From: Epiperipatus broadwayi
Lineage: Eukaryota > Animalia > Onychophora
Assembly (NCBI GenBank): GCA_028023455.1
Contig: JAQFVV010000002.1
Coordinates: 2,232,001 to 2,296,000 of the forward strand
Reading direction: 5' to 3'
DNA: 64,000 bases
Below are positions 12,587-26,299 of the stretch, in pieces; position 1 is the first letter of the stretch, and each line of letters opens with the position of its first letter. Both the position numbers and the translations under genes were made by a program. The notes under the pieces are model-generated. The model made no database searches. It had not been told where the DNA came from and saw only the letters and a program-made list of their open reading frames with translations.

Positions 12587-13237
12587 AAGCACTAAACATG
12601 GAATTGTACTATCACTATGAAATAGAGCAAAGGAGTTTTGTTCAGAAACCAGTGATTTGGAAAAAGAAAGATTCACAAAGAACAAACATTTATAAAGAAT
12701 GGTTATTCATCGGTGGTCATCAAAAAAAACCTTTATTAGACAACACAAAGAGACACAAAAAGGAAAAACAATTATTTGGTACTGTAGTGTATCCATACAT
12801 ATCAGGAATGGCAGACAAATTATGAAAATTCTGCAGTCAATATAACATTATAACAGCTTTCCAAAGCCATACAACACTTCAAGGAATTCTTACTTCTGCT
12901 AATCCTAAACTGGAAATGCTGAAGAACAAAAACTGCATCTATGAAATACCATGTGAATGTGGAAGGAAAGTATATTGGTGAAACCTGTTGCCTTGTTGAA
13001 CAGCGATTGAAAGAACACAAGCTAATGGTTAAAAGAGAAAAAACAGATGTGTCTATCATAGCAGACAATGTATGTACTAATTACCATATATTTAATTGGG
13101 AAAATACAAAAATATTGGATAAAGAGGGGGGGAAATGCATAGAAGAAAATTCAAGGAAGCTGCTCATATGATAATGGTAAAAAATTCTATAAGTCAACCC
13201 AGTGTGCAATACCCAATGTATTGAAGCCTCTAAATAA
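12587..13237 (+). pseudogene. PLE GIY-YIG endonuclease region, frameshifted (right arm)
   Basis: KNCIYEIPCECG [frameshift] KYIGETCCLVEQRLKEHKLMVKREKTDVSIIADNVCTNYHIFNWENTKILDKE. Confidence 0.85.
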
Positions 13238-13480
13238 TTGTGCTCTTAGGAAACATTAATATTATAAAAATAAAATAAAAATAAATTTAAGAGCTTAGGG
13301 GAAAAAATGAAGGACTCAGGAGGATTTGAACCAACCCTCATATATAAATATATCAAATTTCTACTATCTGTTGCCTTTGACATAATAGCTCAGTTAGAGC
13401 ATTTTCATTAAATTTGATATTCAAGAATCTAAAGGTGCAAGTTCAACCATGTGAATGCTGTCACTGTGCATATCAGGCCA

Positions 13481-13531
13481 GTAACACCTGAAGAAGAGTG
13501 GAAAATATGATTCAAAATATTGTGTAATTAC
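13481..13531 (+). ncRNA. Degenerate type-I hammerhead in the PLE 3' tail (G12A)
   Basis: GTAACAC CTGAAGA AGAGTGGAAAATATGATTC AAAA TATT GTGTAATTAC. Stem I is ACAC/GTGT extended by GTAA/TTAC. CGAAA appears as CAAAA, consistent with CpG decay. Confidence 0.5.
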
Positions 13532-16313
13532 TAACCTGTGTTGTCTAATTGTGTGTTATTGCTAACAAGTTGTTTGTATTTGAAAAGTTTAAATAAAGTT
13601 TAAAATTTTCTATACATTCAACATTCACTCATAGATGATGGAAATAGTCTAACATATCACATCTAATAATATACCATCATCACAAACTTTCAGGCAAATA
13701 GCTTCTGTTTAATATAGAATCTTAAACACACATTTAATTTTACAAGCAGCTACATCAAATAATAGGATTCTTACATGTTTTATATAATTAAACAACCATT
13801 TCATCAGCTGCACTAAAAGAATTAAAAGGCATTTTACACCATTTTGTAGCAAAATCAATTTAATATATATAAACATACAAAATGATTTTTATAAAATAAA
13901 GGAATGAAAAAAATATTATATTAAACTTGGTGTCATAAAAAATATTTTAATATCCAAATTAGGACTTAAATTTAACAAATATTAATTACTATAATTTTGT
14001 TAACACATATACAGGGTTAAATGTATTAAACAATGGAATTACATATATCAATATCTATTGTAAAGACAAATAAATGCTTATAATAACATCACAAAAAAAA
14101 TCTCATTTATATAAATTGGACAATCCATTCTTAATCTTTTGCCTTGTTTATATTTTTAATAGATATAAACAAATAAATGTTTTTATGACACAATTTTTCT
14201 AGGAATAATAAAATCATGAAGTTTTTTTTTTTTTAATTTCTCCAAGAAAATAGTAAATAAAATAAAAAAACATAGCTGACAAGTAAATTATGCTGTAGAG
14301 TTTTAGAATTTTAATACTAAAGCAAAAACAACAAATATTTAATTTTTGAAGTCTAATTTCGTAATCACCTCCATAGTCACTCTAGTGCTTTGTGGATGAA
14401 GTCTAGTTGAAGGAATTTTATGTACTATAAACATGTGTTATTGGAAATAATTCTAGTTTTTTTTTTCAAATAATTGCTCAAATTAGAATATGTGATTATA
14501 AGTTGTTGTTTTTGTTTTTTTACATTTTAGAAACATCAGAAGAATTCTACCAAATTTATATATATTATTACAATTTGATCTACAAATATCATACATCCTG
14601 CACTCATCATCCATTTTAGACAAATGCATTAATGATTATTATTAATCATTCATTAAGCTAGAAATTATCGTACTATTTGTCAACTAAATATAACTTTTAA
14701 ACAAATATGCATGCTTTAATGCAATAATAGAATAGTATTGAACATGAAGGTCAAGGTTCATGGATCATGGCTCCATCTCTGGTATTTTCAACACACTTAT
14801 TTCTTATAAATTTCTGAGCAATAAACTTAAACCATTTGACCTTATATATTATAAGTTTAGAAAGATAACTTGATTTATACACTTTTAAAGTGGGAAGTGA
14901 AATAGAAGCCTTATATAGTCATTTAATAAATTTAAAATCCTGTTATAGTCTGTACTTGATATTAACTGCTAGTGTGGTGACAATAGAATCATGTATTCTC
15001 AAATGGGACATTTTTCTTTCTTAAATTACTTTCAGATATATTTTAAAAATCTTGCAAACATCAAATAATATGTTTGGCAATGTATAATATTTCTGCTTGT
15101 GTTAAAAGTGGATAGAAAACATTCCCTTACTTTGCTTGAGAATAGTGTAATAAAAATAATATTACGGAAATATTATTATTTATTAGACAATATTAGTCTA
15201 ATGAGTGACTATAAATTTTTTTTAATGAATTTGGCAGTTTGATTGTAAATGTCACTAAACGAATGAACATTCCTCAAATCATTTGCTCAATAAAAATGTA
15301 ATTCAGAACTTTAACAAAATTAAAATGTTTAATAAAATTTATTAGATTATGGTTTTCTACTAGATCAATTTTAGATAATTTTAAACAAATAGAACAATTG
15401 TTAGAATCATTGACTTTGTTTTTTCATTAACAATATATGTTGACTTTTCTGTTTGAAGTCGAATTCTGAAACTAACAATTTTGAAACTAGCAATAATAAT
15501 AATAATCTAAATAAACAATAGAACTTAATAAATATTATTTTCTAAATCTTCTTTAAGTAAAAAAAAGAAAGAGCAATAAACATCTATTTCTACATTTCAC
15601 TTGTTTTCTTAAAATTTCTATATATAATAGATACGAATAAAAATACAAAATATAACTCTATATTTCATTTTAAAAAACCGCACGTCAAAGTATAAAGCTA
15701 GTTTTTTCTCTCTCCTATGTTTCTCTAAAGCTCAATCATAATAAATTCCTCTCCCTTACAAATTAATGAATGATGTTGCAAAAATTAGACACATTTTGTT
15801 TTCAGAATTTTACATATCAACTTATATGCACACACACGCACAAAAATCTGATTTTACTGTTAGCTTTAATATAAACAGTTGAACTTACTGCTTTTAAAAT
15901 ATAAAGAAGACAACAACTATTTTGGGTTTTTCTATAACTATGTAATCTTCTATCAGTTTATAAATCTTTTTGATTTAACAATTTTGGAGTTTTCCATTAT
16001 AAAACCTATTTTACATATTTAGTAACAAATTTATAATATGATGTTTACAATTGATGCTTTATATACCATTCTGTTTTATTTCTCTTAATTATAATTTACA
16101 ATAATATAAAGTTTATTGTGAAATCTGAACCTAATACACATATATATTAAAATGAAATTTTGATGGGCTACAGATACAAATGTGATATTATTATGGTTCA
16201 TCTCTGAGTAATTTATTTTATCAAAAATCTATACCTATGTTTCAGCTGAATCATACTGGCCATCAACTGGATAATAAAAATTGTAAAAACAATATGCTAA
16301 AAAAAAACAAAGT

Positions 16314-16327
16314 CCACTAGAGGGAGC
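16314..16327 (+). promoter_or_regulatory. CTCF-like motif (alternatively a hairpin plus CTAG element end)
   Basis: CCACTAGAGGGAGC matches 13/14 positions of CCASYAGRKGGCRS. It overlaps a 9-bp stem GGGAGCCAG/CTGGCTCCC. Confidence 0.3.
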
Positions 16328-16399
16328 CAGGGACTCCAGTTTACTCTGTTGCTGGCTCCCCGTTTTAGTTACGTAAATTATATTTTAGAGAATTTTTTT

Positions 16400-18420
16400 T
16401 CTCTAAAAAGTTTCCAATTGACCAGAATAACCTTTTAGGTTCCTTTGTACACAAGAATTATGGAACCATCTGACAACAAGTAAGCGTGATTAAAATTTTT
16501 CTTTGGAGCACCGTTAAAAATAACTGACAGCCATGTAAATTTCTAGAGATTTCTATTGAAAGACTTAATTTTCAGGGAATATTTTGATTCAAGGCAGCTT
16601 TGCTGACTGGGTGAGAGTGTCTGACTGTTGGGAGGACCCCTGAGGGCCTGAATCCTAGTTTTTATATGGGGCGAAGCTGGGGAAAAGGTGCTCTGGGTAT
16701 CGTTACTATAATTGGATAGCTCATTTATTTGTTAGCAATAGTAGCATTATTCATTTAGACTTTAATGCTTGCTTTTTAAACCTAAGATTTTACATAAGAA
16801 TTTTTCCACAATAATACCTGATCATTTATTTCAAGTGTTGCTTTATCTTTTATCCATGTATTTGATGCTGGATCACTGACTATGTCTCTTAAAACATTTT
16901 TACCAGATTTGGATGGCTCATTCATTTGTTAAAAATGACGTTATTCATTGCAGTTTTGTGCTTGCATTTTAGACCTGAAATTTGACTTGTGAAAAAGATT
17001 TTATATACTATAGTGAATTGTTTTAGACTGTATCTGAACATTTGATTTCAAGGGTTGCTTGATTATTCAAACTTACATTCTATATTAAACATTTTTTTTT
17101 CTATCTTGAATGCTGAACTGACAAATTGATAATTTTAACATTTGACTATATGGATTAGTGCTTCCGGTTTTCATAGGTTATCAGAGTGCTGAAACATGAC
17201 GGACACTATTCAATATGCGATTTTAATGGATACATTACTCATGCACATCTTTGATTGCTCTATAGATCTAGAATTATATTGTGGTATAACACATAATGCA
17301 AGCATCTGGTTACTACATATACATTAAAGTTCTTGATTTTGGAAAGTAATGATAAATTTTTTTATGCAAGGCATTGGAAATCCTGGAGATTTGCAATATG
17401 ATTTTAAATTTAGCAATTATTATGACATTGGATTGTTAACAGTTGCACCTCATCATATGGATTGTGCTTCTAGTTTTGTCATTTGATTTTTACCAATAGT
17501 TTAAGGACCTCACGGATTAAGGCTTCTAGTTTTTTATAAGTTGTCTGGAAGCTGAAATATGATGGACAAAACTCAAGTTCCCAAAGAGTTCAACTGTGAT
17601 TTGAACATTGGATTGGGGCTACTGTGTCACTCATCTTTGCAATCTTGGGGACTGAGTCTGTTTCTTGGAGAGTTCCCAGGGCTTGGAGGGGGCTGGGATA
17701 TGGGTGTATTGGGTTCTAGTATGGGCTTCAGATGAGAGAGTCTGGAATTTGGGAAGATTCCTGGGGCCTGAACTCTGGTTCTTACGGGGGGCTGGGATGT
17801 GAGTGCTATGGGGATTATTATGGGTTTCATCTTTCTCATCTTCAGGGCAGTGGAGATGTTGTGATGCATTGTGGTTTTAATCTCTTTGTGATTCATAGGT
17901 TGGTTATTAGACTATGTGATAATCTGTAGATGGCAAATGATGTAAGCATGTGAGATTTATATTTTTGATTAGTGCTGCAGCATTGCTTGTCTTGACTGTG
18001 AAGATGAGAGAATCTCATGCTTGGATGACTCAGGCCAGAGAGTTCTACCATGGTTTAAACTTAAAATCAGGGCTGCTGTGTCACTCATCTCTGCCATCTG
18101 GATGGCAGGGTCTGCTCCTTGGAAGGTCTCACAAGCCTGTGTTTTGGAGGGGATCTGTGTGCTGTGGGGATTAGTAAGTGCATTGGATGAGAGAGTCTGA
18201 GCTTTGTAAATACCCCAAGGCCTGGTTCCAAGTCCTTAGCAGGGAGGCTGGGATGTGGGTGCTGTGGGGATTAGTACAGGTTTTCACTTTCTCATCTTCT
18301 GGATGGTGGGGATGATGTGATTATTGGTAGTGTGATCTATCTACTTGCCATTAAGGTCAGGGGTTACTTAGTAAACTATGAGAGAAGTTATGAATGGCAA
18401 GATATATGCATATACAATTC
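16400..18420 (-). repeat. GC-richer decayed element with ~455-bp diverged tandem units, Pro/Ser-rich coding potential and possible zinc-knuckle relics (LINE ORF1/gag-like)
   Basis: CTGTGTCACTCATCT starts units at 17622 and 18076. The module GATGAGAG...CCTGAA/GG...GCTGGGATG..GTGCT recurs at ~16600, ~17730 and ~18185. The minus strand near 17430-17300 gives IQCHNNC*I*NHIANL and PCIK..YHYFPKS. Confidence 0.45.
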
Positions 18421-18554
18421 AAGGTTTTTCTGTTCACTTGGTAAATCAAGTTCTGCATTGTAAATCATGGTTTGAATCTTGTATATCACTACATATAACA
18501 TGTAAATTCAAAGATTAATATTATCTTAATAAATCATATTTTGAGAAAAAAAAC

Positions 18555-19815
18555 AATATGCTAAAAACATTGTTATATATCAATATTGAAAATTAAAGTA
18601 ATAGAAAACAAGTAGAAATAATAAAATCATAAATTATTTAGATTGTTTGTAATAAAAATTTACCAAATAGAAAGTAATGTGCTTGTATTTTCACCATTCT
18701 CTGATCTGATATTGTTGGAGAATGACACATATAAATAGGATTCTGGTATTCAAGAAATTAATACTATGATCTGTATCCATAACATGAAATAAGGGTGTTG
18801 ATAATGATGAGTGTTACTTAACAGCATTAACATGTTCATCTCATCTAGAAGTAATTTTATATAGTAAATACCACTAGCAACTTGGAAATAATAAATTATA
18901 CAATTTTTTGCACATGTAAATAATATACATCTTGTATTAAATTTACAATGGAAACAGAGGCTGATTAAAAACTTCTCTTTCTTGTTGCACATGTCACTAA
19001 AGAAGCAGAATCTTTTATTTTCTTCCATTTCTAGAAAATCTGCAGACACAAACAGATACCTACAATTTTATCCATCATTATTCAGCTCAAATTTTCTCTG
19101 TGCTCAAAACTATTTTTACTAGAGCAATTAAATTTCAGCCGAATAATATTTAGAAAAAGAAATGAATCATGTAAGTAATGTCTTGTTAACTAATGGTTAT
19201 AATAATAGGCCTATACATCAAGCCTTAATTCAAACCTTAAACAAGCAAAATAAGAAAAAGAAACTAGTACTGGGGTTTGTAATTCTTATATAAAAGAAAC
19301 TACATACAATATTTAATGTATTTTAAAAATATCATTATATAAAAACAGCATATGCTACTTTTCAAAAAATTAGTAACATTCTGTTCAATCCTGAAGATTC
19401 AATTCCTCTTAAAGCTTTGAAACTTTATATGAAATCTGTAAACATTTTTATATAGGTATGAGCAATCATTACATCAATATTGGAAGAGATGAATATGCTA
19501 ATGCAGTTAAACAACAATGATCATCATCAACAACATTCTCACTCAATGCTATGGATAAAAATAATAGTATTGATTTCTCTAACATCAGAATCCTATTCAG
19601 ATGTGACATTCTCCAACAATGTCAGATCAAAGAAGCTATTGAAATCTTTAAAAAATGCAATTGTATCAGCAATGTAAATTACATGCAAATTACCTTCTAC
19701 CTAGAATTTTTTTTTTTTTTAAAATATTTAATCTAAATAATTTGTTTTTTACTGTTTTTATTTGTTTTCCATTGGTAGAAATTTCAATATTGTTATACAT
19801 CAATGTTTAGAGCTT
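18555..19815. mobile_element. Older fold-back pair of PLE GIY-YIG 3' fragments (tails outward)
   Basis: The plus strand at 19445-19680 gives FYIGMSN...AMDKNNSIDFSNIRILFRCDILQQCQIKEAIEIFKK. The minus strand at 18880-18690 gives SGIYYI and DEHVNAVK..VMDTDHSINFLNTRILF. The flanks 18555-18690 and 19680-19815 are also inverted homologs. Confidence 0.72.
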
Positions 19816-22800
19816 CCTCCACAACTGTTTTACAATATTATTATCCAGTTGATAGCTGGTATGTCCCAGATGAAACATTGGTATATATATTTTTTTGATA
19901 TAATAAATTATATGCAGATAATCTCAGATAATATATCATTTATATGCATATTGCAATGGTATGAATGGTTAAGTGCATGTAAGATGCCCAAAGAACAGAG
20001 ATTCTATTAAATATGAATTTAATCCAGATTTATATCATAAAGAATTTGAATAATCTGGTTGTCTAAGTCACTACTCTATACCACTACAAGTTCATATTGG
20101 ATAAAAAATAATAAGAATTCTAGTTCTGATATATAAATGAAAAAAATCTTATAAAGCAATATTCTTGCTTTATTTGAATTGAAATATATGTATAAATGGT
20201 AATGCTATCTGAATTGTGTACCTAAGTATAATTCTTCATTTATATTCCTTGACTAACTAAAATAAATAATGTTTATAAATTATAATGATGATTTATTTAT
20301 ATTAAATAATAATAATTCATAAATGCACTTGATAAAACAAAAGTGGATAAACCTAATATACAAAGCTTGGTGAATGGGTAAATCTAATTATGATGCCAAA
20401 TGAAAGACATAGGTGAAGAATCAGAGGGAAATTTATATTTATTTTCACTTGATAAATATACAAAGTTTATTAAGTCTTAGGACTTACAGATAATATAAAA
20501 CCTAAATAAGTTACATTAAATACGTAATTATTGTTTAATGGTAATTTTGACTATTGTGATTTTCCTTTGACTATATGTACATCTAAAACATTTACTTATA
20601 ACTAAATATGTTTATATGAAATTTTAAATAAATAGAGAATAGAACTTGAAATGGAGTTAACAGTTGATGGAATGATAAAAGACACAATGCCCATATATTT
20701 ATGAACATTTTAGAACCTACCACATTGTGGGTTATCCTAGATTCGTGAAAGGTTAATAAATCACGATATGATTTTGTTATCATTGTTTATTGTTTAAAAC
20801 CTATTTATCTAGTTTTCATAACTCAATGTTCTGTGACTTAAGTTTCTTAGAAACAGATATGTATATATGCCATAGGGCCTTGTTATGTATTATTCTTAGG
20901 TTCGTGGTAATATGTTCCATCATAGAGCAACATAATCCTTAGATATCAAGGTTTGCATAAACATCACACAATTTCATTGAAAGATTTTGGCATTATAAAT
21001 AAAATAATTCTATTATATATCTATATCATCTGATTCTAGCAATGAATGTTTAAAAAATTAAAATTTGATTTTTCTTTAAGGCGAAATATATCCAATTTTA
21101 TCTATCGATAATTTCATTTTGTTTTGTTTTTTGACAATTTTGTCATCATTATATATATATATAGGGTTATGTACGTATTCTATTTCAATAAACTCATATG
21201 TATTTTTATACTATTCAAATTTTATTGTATATGTTTGAAATGTCCATCAGAAATAAATAAAACGTTTGGGATCCGGAGTTAATCACATTCCAGTTGTTAC
21301 CAAGCCTTAATTTGGATTTAAACTTCTATTCAAAGCAGATTTTAACTCCCTTTTTTAGCTATACATTTTTAGGTTTTCTTTAAATGTATAAGTTTTGAAT
21401 AAATACATCTTTCATTGTTTTTTATAATACAAAAATCTTTATCGCTATGAAACTTTGCTTTTGCAGCGATATCTATATATGAAAAGAATGCACTCTTTAA
21501 AAAAAAAAAAAGAACGAAAAATATCACGTTTTTAATGATTTGCTTGTTGTCTCCTCTGTTTCTAAGTGATTTTCACTTTCTTTAATGATATGCTTGTTGT
21601 CTACTTTGTTTCTAAGTGATTTGCAAGGTTCAGTTGCTGTTATATTTGATTCCCTCAAGGTACTTTTTTTATGAAAATGTACTAAGTAATAACTGTTGTA
21701 ATGAAACTTATTTTAATATTATTTATAAGTACACACATACATAAATGCATTCATACACATATATATGTAATATATATTTATTGAAACCTATGAAATGTGT
21801 ATGTATAAAACATGTTTTATGGAATAAATTTATGTTATAGTAAAATGTTATTTTAATTTCTATTGCAGAGAAACATTTCTTTTAAAATTGAATAATGTTT
21901 TTGAAAATGTTAAATAAATAGCCCATGCCCTTATAGGATGATATAAATCACAATAAATCATTGCTATTTTAAGACTATCAAAAATCTATTGTCATTGTAT
22001 GGTGAGACAAAGATTAGTGAGACATCGACTATACATTTTAATAATCAGAGATTCTTTATAAAAAAAAAAATTATAGTTCATACATAGGATGTAAATTTGA
22101 AGTATATACAAATGACATATCCCACTAAAAAAATTTTTTTTTACAAATTAAATGCATTCTCAACTTTGTCTATGGGTGTTTTATGTTTATTAGTTAAGTC
22201 CTAAATGTATTTCTATTATGAAGTTTAATATTTAATATTTTGACTAAAGATAAATTCATATGAAAATAATATGCTCTCAGAATTATCATTACCATTTGCA
22301 TACTAGTCACTATAAATCCCAATAAAGGCTACATGTGAACATCTAATTTTATCAACAATTGCTAAATAGCATTAATTTAGAGATCAAAAATAATATAGTA
22401 CAATTATTACAAGTTCAATCTCATATCTAAGTGGTTTCTTTTCCAATAAGGGCTTCTAGACTATGCATCAGATATAAATATCATTTTTTCATTACTTTCT
22501 CCATGAATAGTGGTTGTATCATTATTCCTAGGAATTATTTGATCATCAAAAAGATTTGTTCATAATTGAACAAATGTTGGAGTAGAAGTTGAATGCGCTT
22601 TGCAAGAATATATTTGCACAATGGATGACTTCATCAAAAGAAAATACCTTTCTGCTAGTTTGATTAAGATGACATTATCTTCTTTCAAACTAAAAATAAT
22701 TGCAATATTCTAATTCTTTGCACTGTAAATATAACAGTGAGAAGCTGTAACAACAATAAAATGATTTGATGCCAAAGAAACTTTAATAACTCAATCCCTT

Positions 22801-23992
22801 GTTGATATTAATAATAAAATATATATATATATATAGATAATTTAAAATACAAACAATTTAAAATATATAAAAAATAAAAATATATATTTGTAAATCACAA
22901 ATCCTTTTTTATATTTTTTTATTTTACAAGAAAACAAATCCACATGTTTAGTTTTAACTCGTCATGTTATTAACACTATTTCTTATATACTTTTAATGTA
23001 AATCCTTTATCTACCATCTCTTTATTTATTATTATCATTGCCCTTTCAATAACCCTAAATAAATATTAACCTTAGCAGTGTGAAAAAATAATAATGTTAA
23101 AAATAAAGACATGTGAAAATTGAGAATTGAAACATTTTATACATATATATATTAAAAGATTGCAATGCACACCAAATGTTTAACTATATAAACAAACATA
23201 TGACTAATTGATCAAAAGATGTTTATTCTTTGATAATACATAATTCAGAATCTTACAAATACTGAAGAAAACATTGCCTTTTTCAACCTTTTTTTATATA
23301 TCATAATTAACAGTGAGGATTGAACCATCCAATCTTTACAATATAGATTGATAATTAAAACAAGATGTAATTTTAAACAATGCTCAATGAGAAAGTTAAT
23401 ATAAAAATATAAGACAATTAACAAATTTTTGCAGTTAAAATTAAGCATTAAAAAGTGGTAAAGTTATTAAAAAATAATTACAAATTTTGAATAAATTGAA
23501 ATATATATTATTTTATAATTAATAAATGAATGTTTAAAACTATAGTGGGATAATTAAAGTGATTGAAATAAATTAAATTATTAAAAAGTTTAAAAGTCAT
23601 ACAAATATAAAATAATATATATATATATTAAAAATATGAAACAGTTTATACAATAGACATTAAACAAAATAAGAGTACAATAAAAGATTAATATTTATAA
23701 AATTATTTAAAATGTAAAACAATATATAGTTACTGGATTAATTAAAAATGTGTATTTTTACAATATATAATACAGGATATTATATATATTATCTTTTATA
23801 ATTATATATAAATATGTATGTATAGATAAGCATTAATCGCATGGTTTTATATATATTTGAATATTGTAGCTCTGATGATGATGATGTGTAGACAGTTGAA
23901 ACTGTAAGCAAGAATGAGTAAATTTTATTTTTTAGATTGTATTGGAAAATATCCAATGAAGGATTATGTTATGTTATAATTTAAATATAGAA

Positions 23993-24630
23993 GTCATAAA
24001 TAAAATAATGTTAATGGATTACATATAACTGGTTTAATTAATTAATATTTCCATATTTAAATGTTTATTTGAAAGATTATTTAAAAATCAGTCAGATTAT
24101 AAACCCACGCAGGCATGTTAATTAACATTAAACTGATACAAAGAAGGCTTTAATTAATTTATCACCAAAATTTACATTCAAATATTAATATTAAACTGAG
24201 TAATGTGAGTTTATTTAAGTATAAATTGAGAATATATGTCCTGCAAGTTTGGTAAATATTTCATTAAACACTGCTGTATATAGAACTATAATTTACTATA
24301 AATTTCTATAGAAAGCATAAATAAAATAATATTAATAGATTACATATTTATTTGTTAATTAATTAATATTTACACATTTATTTGTTTATTTGATAGCAAG
24401 GTTATTTTAAAAATTATAGGGTTTATAAGCAGTGTTTCATTAATTAGCATTAAGAGTCTATTTAAATACAAATTAAGTTGCAAGTTTGACGTGATTTCTA
24501 TTGTTTTTGTGAGTGATATATAATTTCGGAGGATAATTGATATTTTATCAAATATTGCCTTGTATAACACTACAAGTTTCTATAAATTTCTACTTGGAGC
24601 ATAAATAATGTTAATATATTACATTACATA
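23993..24630. repeat. Diverged tandem duplication (~290-320 bp period)
   Basis: The anchor (G)CATAAATAA(AATAA)T(G/A)TTAAT..ATTACATA recurs at ~23993, ~24316 and ~24599, and CTATAAATTTCTA recurs in both units. Confidence 0.5.
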
Positions 24631-25392
24631 TATATTAAATTGAATGTAAAAAAAGATATTTTTTTCCTAATGAATTTAAAAAAATGAGGCAAATGATTCT
24701 GCATCAAAATAGCAATGCTATTTTTTGGTTGGATAGATCATCTCTAGACACTTTTCTAATTATTAGACAGATTTACCCATATATGTCTATTGTTTACACT
24801 CATTTATACACAAACACAAATAAATATACACACACAAATATATATATATATAAGTGCTGACTTTTGAGTTAGTATTTAGATCTAGTTTCTAGAGTCCCAG
24901 CGCTCTACAGAGGTGAGCCATAAGCTTGAAACCAATTGGTCTGGAGATAGGGACTTTCCGATAGAGATTTTGAATTCTCTCTCTTTCAGCACTTATAAAA
25001 TAAAGCTTGATTAGAGCTATTGGTAAGCTCCATCTAATGATCATATATATATAGACATACTTACACAAACAAATATGTTTAATTGCTAAAATCTGTAATG
25101 ACATTATTGCACTCTATATTTAGGAAGTCATAAACAAATCACAATCTTTATTTTTACAGTCATATTGCTCATATATTTTCCACATAAAAATACTTTATCA
25201 ATAACTTAAGATTTCTATATTTGAGAAAATATTAAAAAGAAATATGTCTGTAGTTTTCTGTCAACAGTAATTTTTGAACAGCTCTTTGGCGAATTGGATA
25301 TTTTGATGCTTTTTATTTTAAAAAATGTATCATTATTTGTCATCACATTTTAGTGTAAAAGTGAAAATTGTTTATAAAGCTATTATATAAAC

Positions 25393-25959
25393 TAGGGGTG
25401 GTCAAACTTTTAGATGTTGTGTGACTTTTTTGGTGAAAGTGTACCTGAGGGCAACCATGTTTTTTTCAGAGCTTCCAACTGGAAAGCAGAAAGAAAATGT
25501 TATTTTTGCTGGAATGGAAAGAATAATGTTTCAAAGTCCTGTTTTTTTTAGAATTTACTTATGAATTGTTTTTTTTTTTTTTGTAAGGGCCTTTTAAGTA
25601 TTCATAAATATTGGTGACATTTTTAGAAGATAATTACAAACTGATTTTTTTTCTAGAAGATATGAACTGTTGGAAGACATTTTACTAGGACTACTATTAA
25701 ATCACCTCAGCTTCCTCTAGTACTACAATTTGTCCATATCGCTTTATAAAATATTTATTAAATTACAATTTTAAATTACCTATAAATAATTATTTTCTAG
25801 AGCTGGCCCTGAATTTTAAAAAAAAATTCAAGAAAATGTAGAGAAGAAAAGAAGATTATTGTTTTAGAATTGTATTAAAATAAATTACATCCAAATTTTA
25901 CACAAAAAAATAATTTGTGGTCAACTGGTCAACCACAGTCAACATCTTGGCCTTCCCTG
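25393..25959. mobile_element. hAT-type MITE with a perfect 8-bp TSD
   Basis: The ends are TAGGGGTGGTCAAAC... and ...TTGGCCTTCCCTG. ATATAAAC lies at 25385-25392 and 25960-25967. Confidence 0.8.
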
Positions 25960-26299
25960 ATATAAACTTTACAAATATTAAAAAAAAACTGAAATATATA
26001 ATTATTACTGTTTTATATTTTGTCCTTAAACAATAAAAATATATTTTGAATAAAAGAAAAATCACTTAAATTCTATTTCTGTCTCTAAAATGAATTTTTA
26101 TAAAGAATAAATAAAATAACAAAATTATGCTTCACTGTTTAAAATTTGCACTTATAATTTTTTTTAAAAAATGAGAAAAAAGCCACTTCCTCTTTTATGT
26201 TATTACACATTCTTTGATTTGAAAATCAAATAAAATATTTTTCTAAAAACATCATATAGATATTAAAATATTGATTTAATTTTACAAAATAAATGAAAT

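Larger units (their letters stand above)
11112..13696. mobile_element. Fold-back Penelope-like retroelement relic (two inverted 3' fragments, tails outward)
   Basis: 11110-12220 is the reverse complement of 12587-13665 at roughly 85-90% identity by eye. Both arms carry PLE RT-thumb/GIY-YIG codons and a 3' non-coding tail. A candidate TSD AATAGCTTCT(C/G)TTTA lies at 11097-11111 and 13697-13711. Confidence 0.88.

Noticed and set aside
24889-25104. ORF on the minus strand and strong-looking splice signals on the plus strand
   Set aside because: No homology was recognised, and the plus-strand micro-exon has stops in all frames.
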